Shown: positions 63,641 to 64,000 of the stretch, one piece after another | Layout: each line of letters begins with the position of its first letter | Position numbering within the stretch: the stretch's first letter is position 1 | Source: an uncultured cyanobacterium | GTDB taxonomy: Bacteria > Cyanobacteriota > Cyanobacteriia > Cyanobacteriales > Nostocaceae | Direction: 5' to 3' | Length of the DNA: 64,000 nt | Assembly: GCA_963706595.1 (NCBI GenBank) | Contig: OY970166.1 | Location: forward strand, 4,384,001-4,448,000 | The notes under the pieces: model-generated | What the model was told of the DNA's origin: nothing | What the model saw: the letters and a program-made list of their open reading frames with translations, nothing else | Database searches by the model: none | Made by a program: the position numbers and the translations under genes

Positions 63641-64000
63641 TTACTGCCATACAAACACTTTGGCTTCGTATGGTCCTAAGTCAGTAATCATGCCATCATC
63701 ATCAGCATCAACATGATAATTGCCTGTCCATTCATGCCATGTACCACCACAGGGAAAATTAGGAATGTGATAGCTACTCAGGAAGTTTTCTGAAAAATTT
63801 GCGACAACAACGACACGAGAACCTTCTTCATTCCAGCGACTGTAAGCTAGTACCTTGGCTTCTAGGTTTTCGTGAATAAAATCAATATTTTCTGTGTAGA
63901 GGGCGTGACTATTTTTACGCAGATGAATCAACCCCTTGTAGTATTCAAATAAGTGATGATTTAAATGATTCCCTAGCAGTGACCATTCGATTTTGGATGA
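63641..64000 (-). CDS. C-terminus of an alpha-amylase family (GH13) glycosyl hydrolase, truncated by window edge
   Basis: Frame is open to base 64000; YYKGLIHLRK, VLAYSRW and VVVVANFS typical of the GH13 C-domain. Confidence 0.75.
   Translation of the reverse strand, partial: SSKIEWSLLGNHLNHHLFEYYKGLIHLRKNSHALYTENIDFIHENLEAKVLAYSRWNEEGSRVVVVANFSENFLSSYHIPNFPCGGTWHEWTGNYHVDADDDGMITDLGPYEAKVFVWQ

Overview
Chromosomal window from a heterocyst-forming (Nostocales-type) cyanobacterium, judged from frequent HIP1 GCGATCGC octamers, heptamer STRR repeats, a cphB2/cphA2 locus, an AphC-like photoreceptor kinase and PAM68-rpsO. Core genes include a phosphohexomutase, rdgB, alaS (with an apparent 1-nt frameshift), a TxlA-like thioredoxin, tyrA, two DAHP synthases and rpsO. 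There are three accessory regions. (i) A diverged duplicate of the alaS 3' end is followed by two PIN toxin-antitoxin pairs. (ii) A tkt / small Cys-rich protein / gap / ppsA operon. (iii) An ~18.7 kb polysaccharide island (galE, priming transferase, wzc, ABC flippase, MurB-like, acetyltransferase, MurA-like, four GT2, wzy) lies between the two halves of a split 5-oxoprolinase. The best candidate for an undescribed system is the MurA/MurB-like pair inside the polysaccharide cluster, a plausible route to lactyl-ether (1-carboxyethyl) sugars such as nosturonic acid. The second is a ~103-bp inverted-repeat element that appears to target the GTAG of REP-like hairpins and forms a 7-unit tandem array. 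I found no tRNA, rRNA, CRISPR array, integrase or transposase. All product calls come from motif recognition, not database searches.
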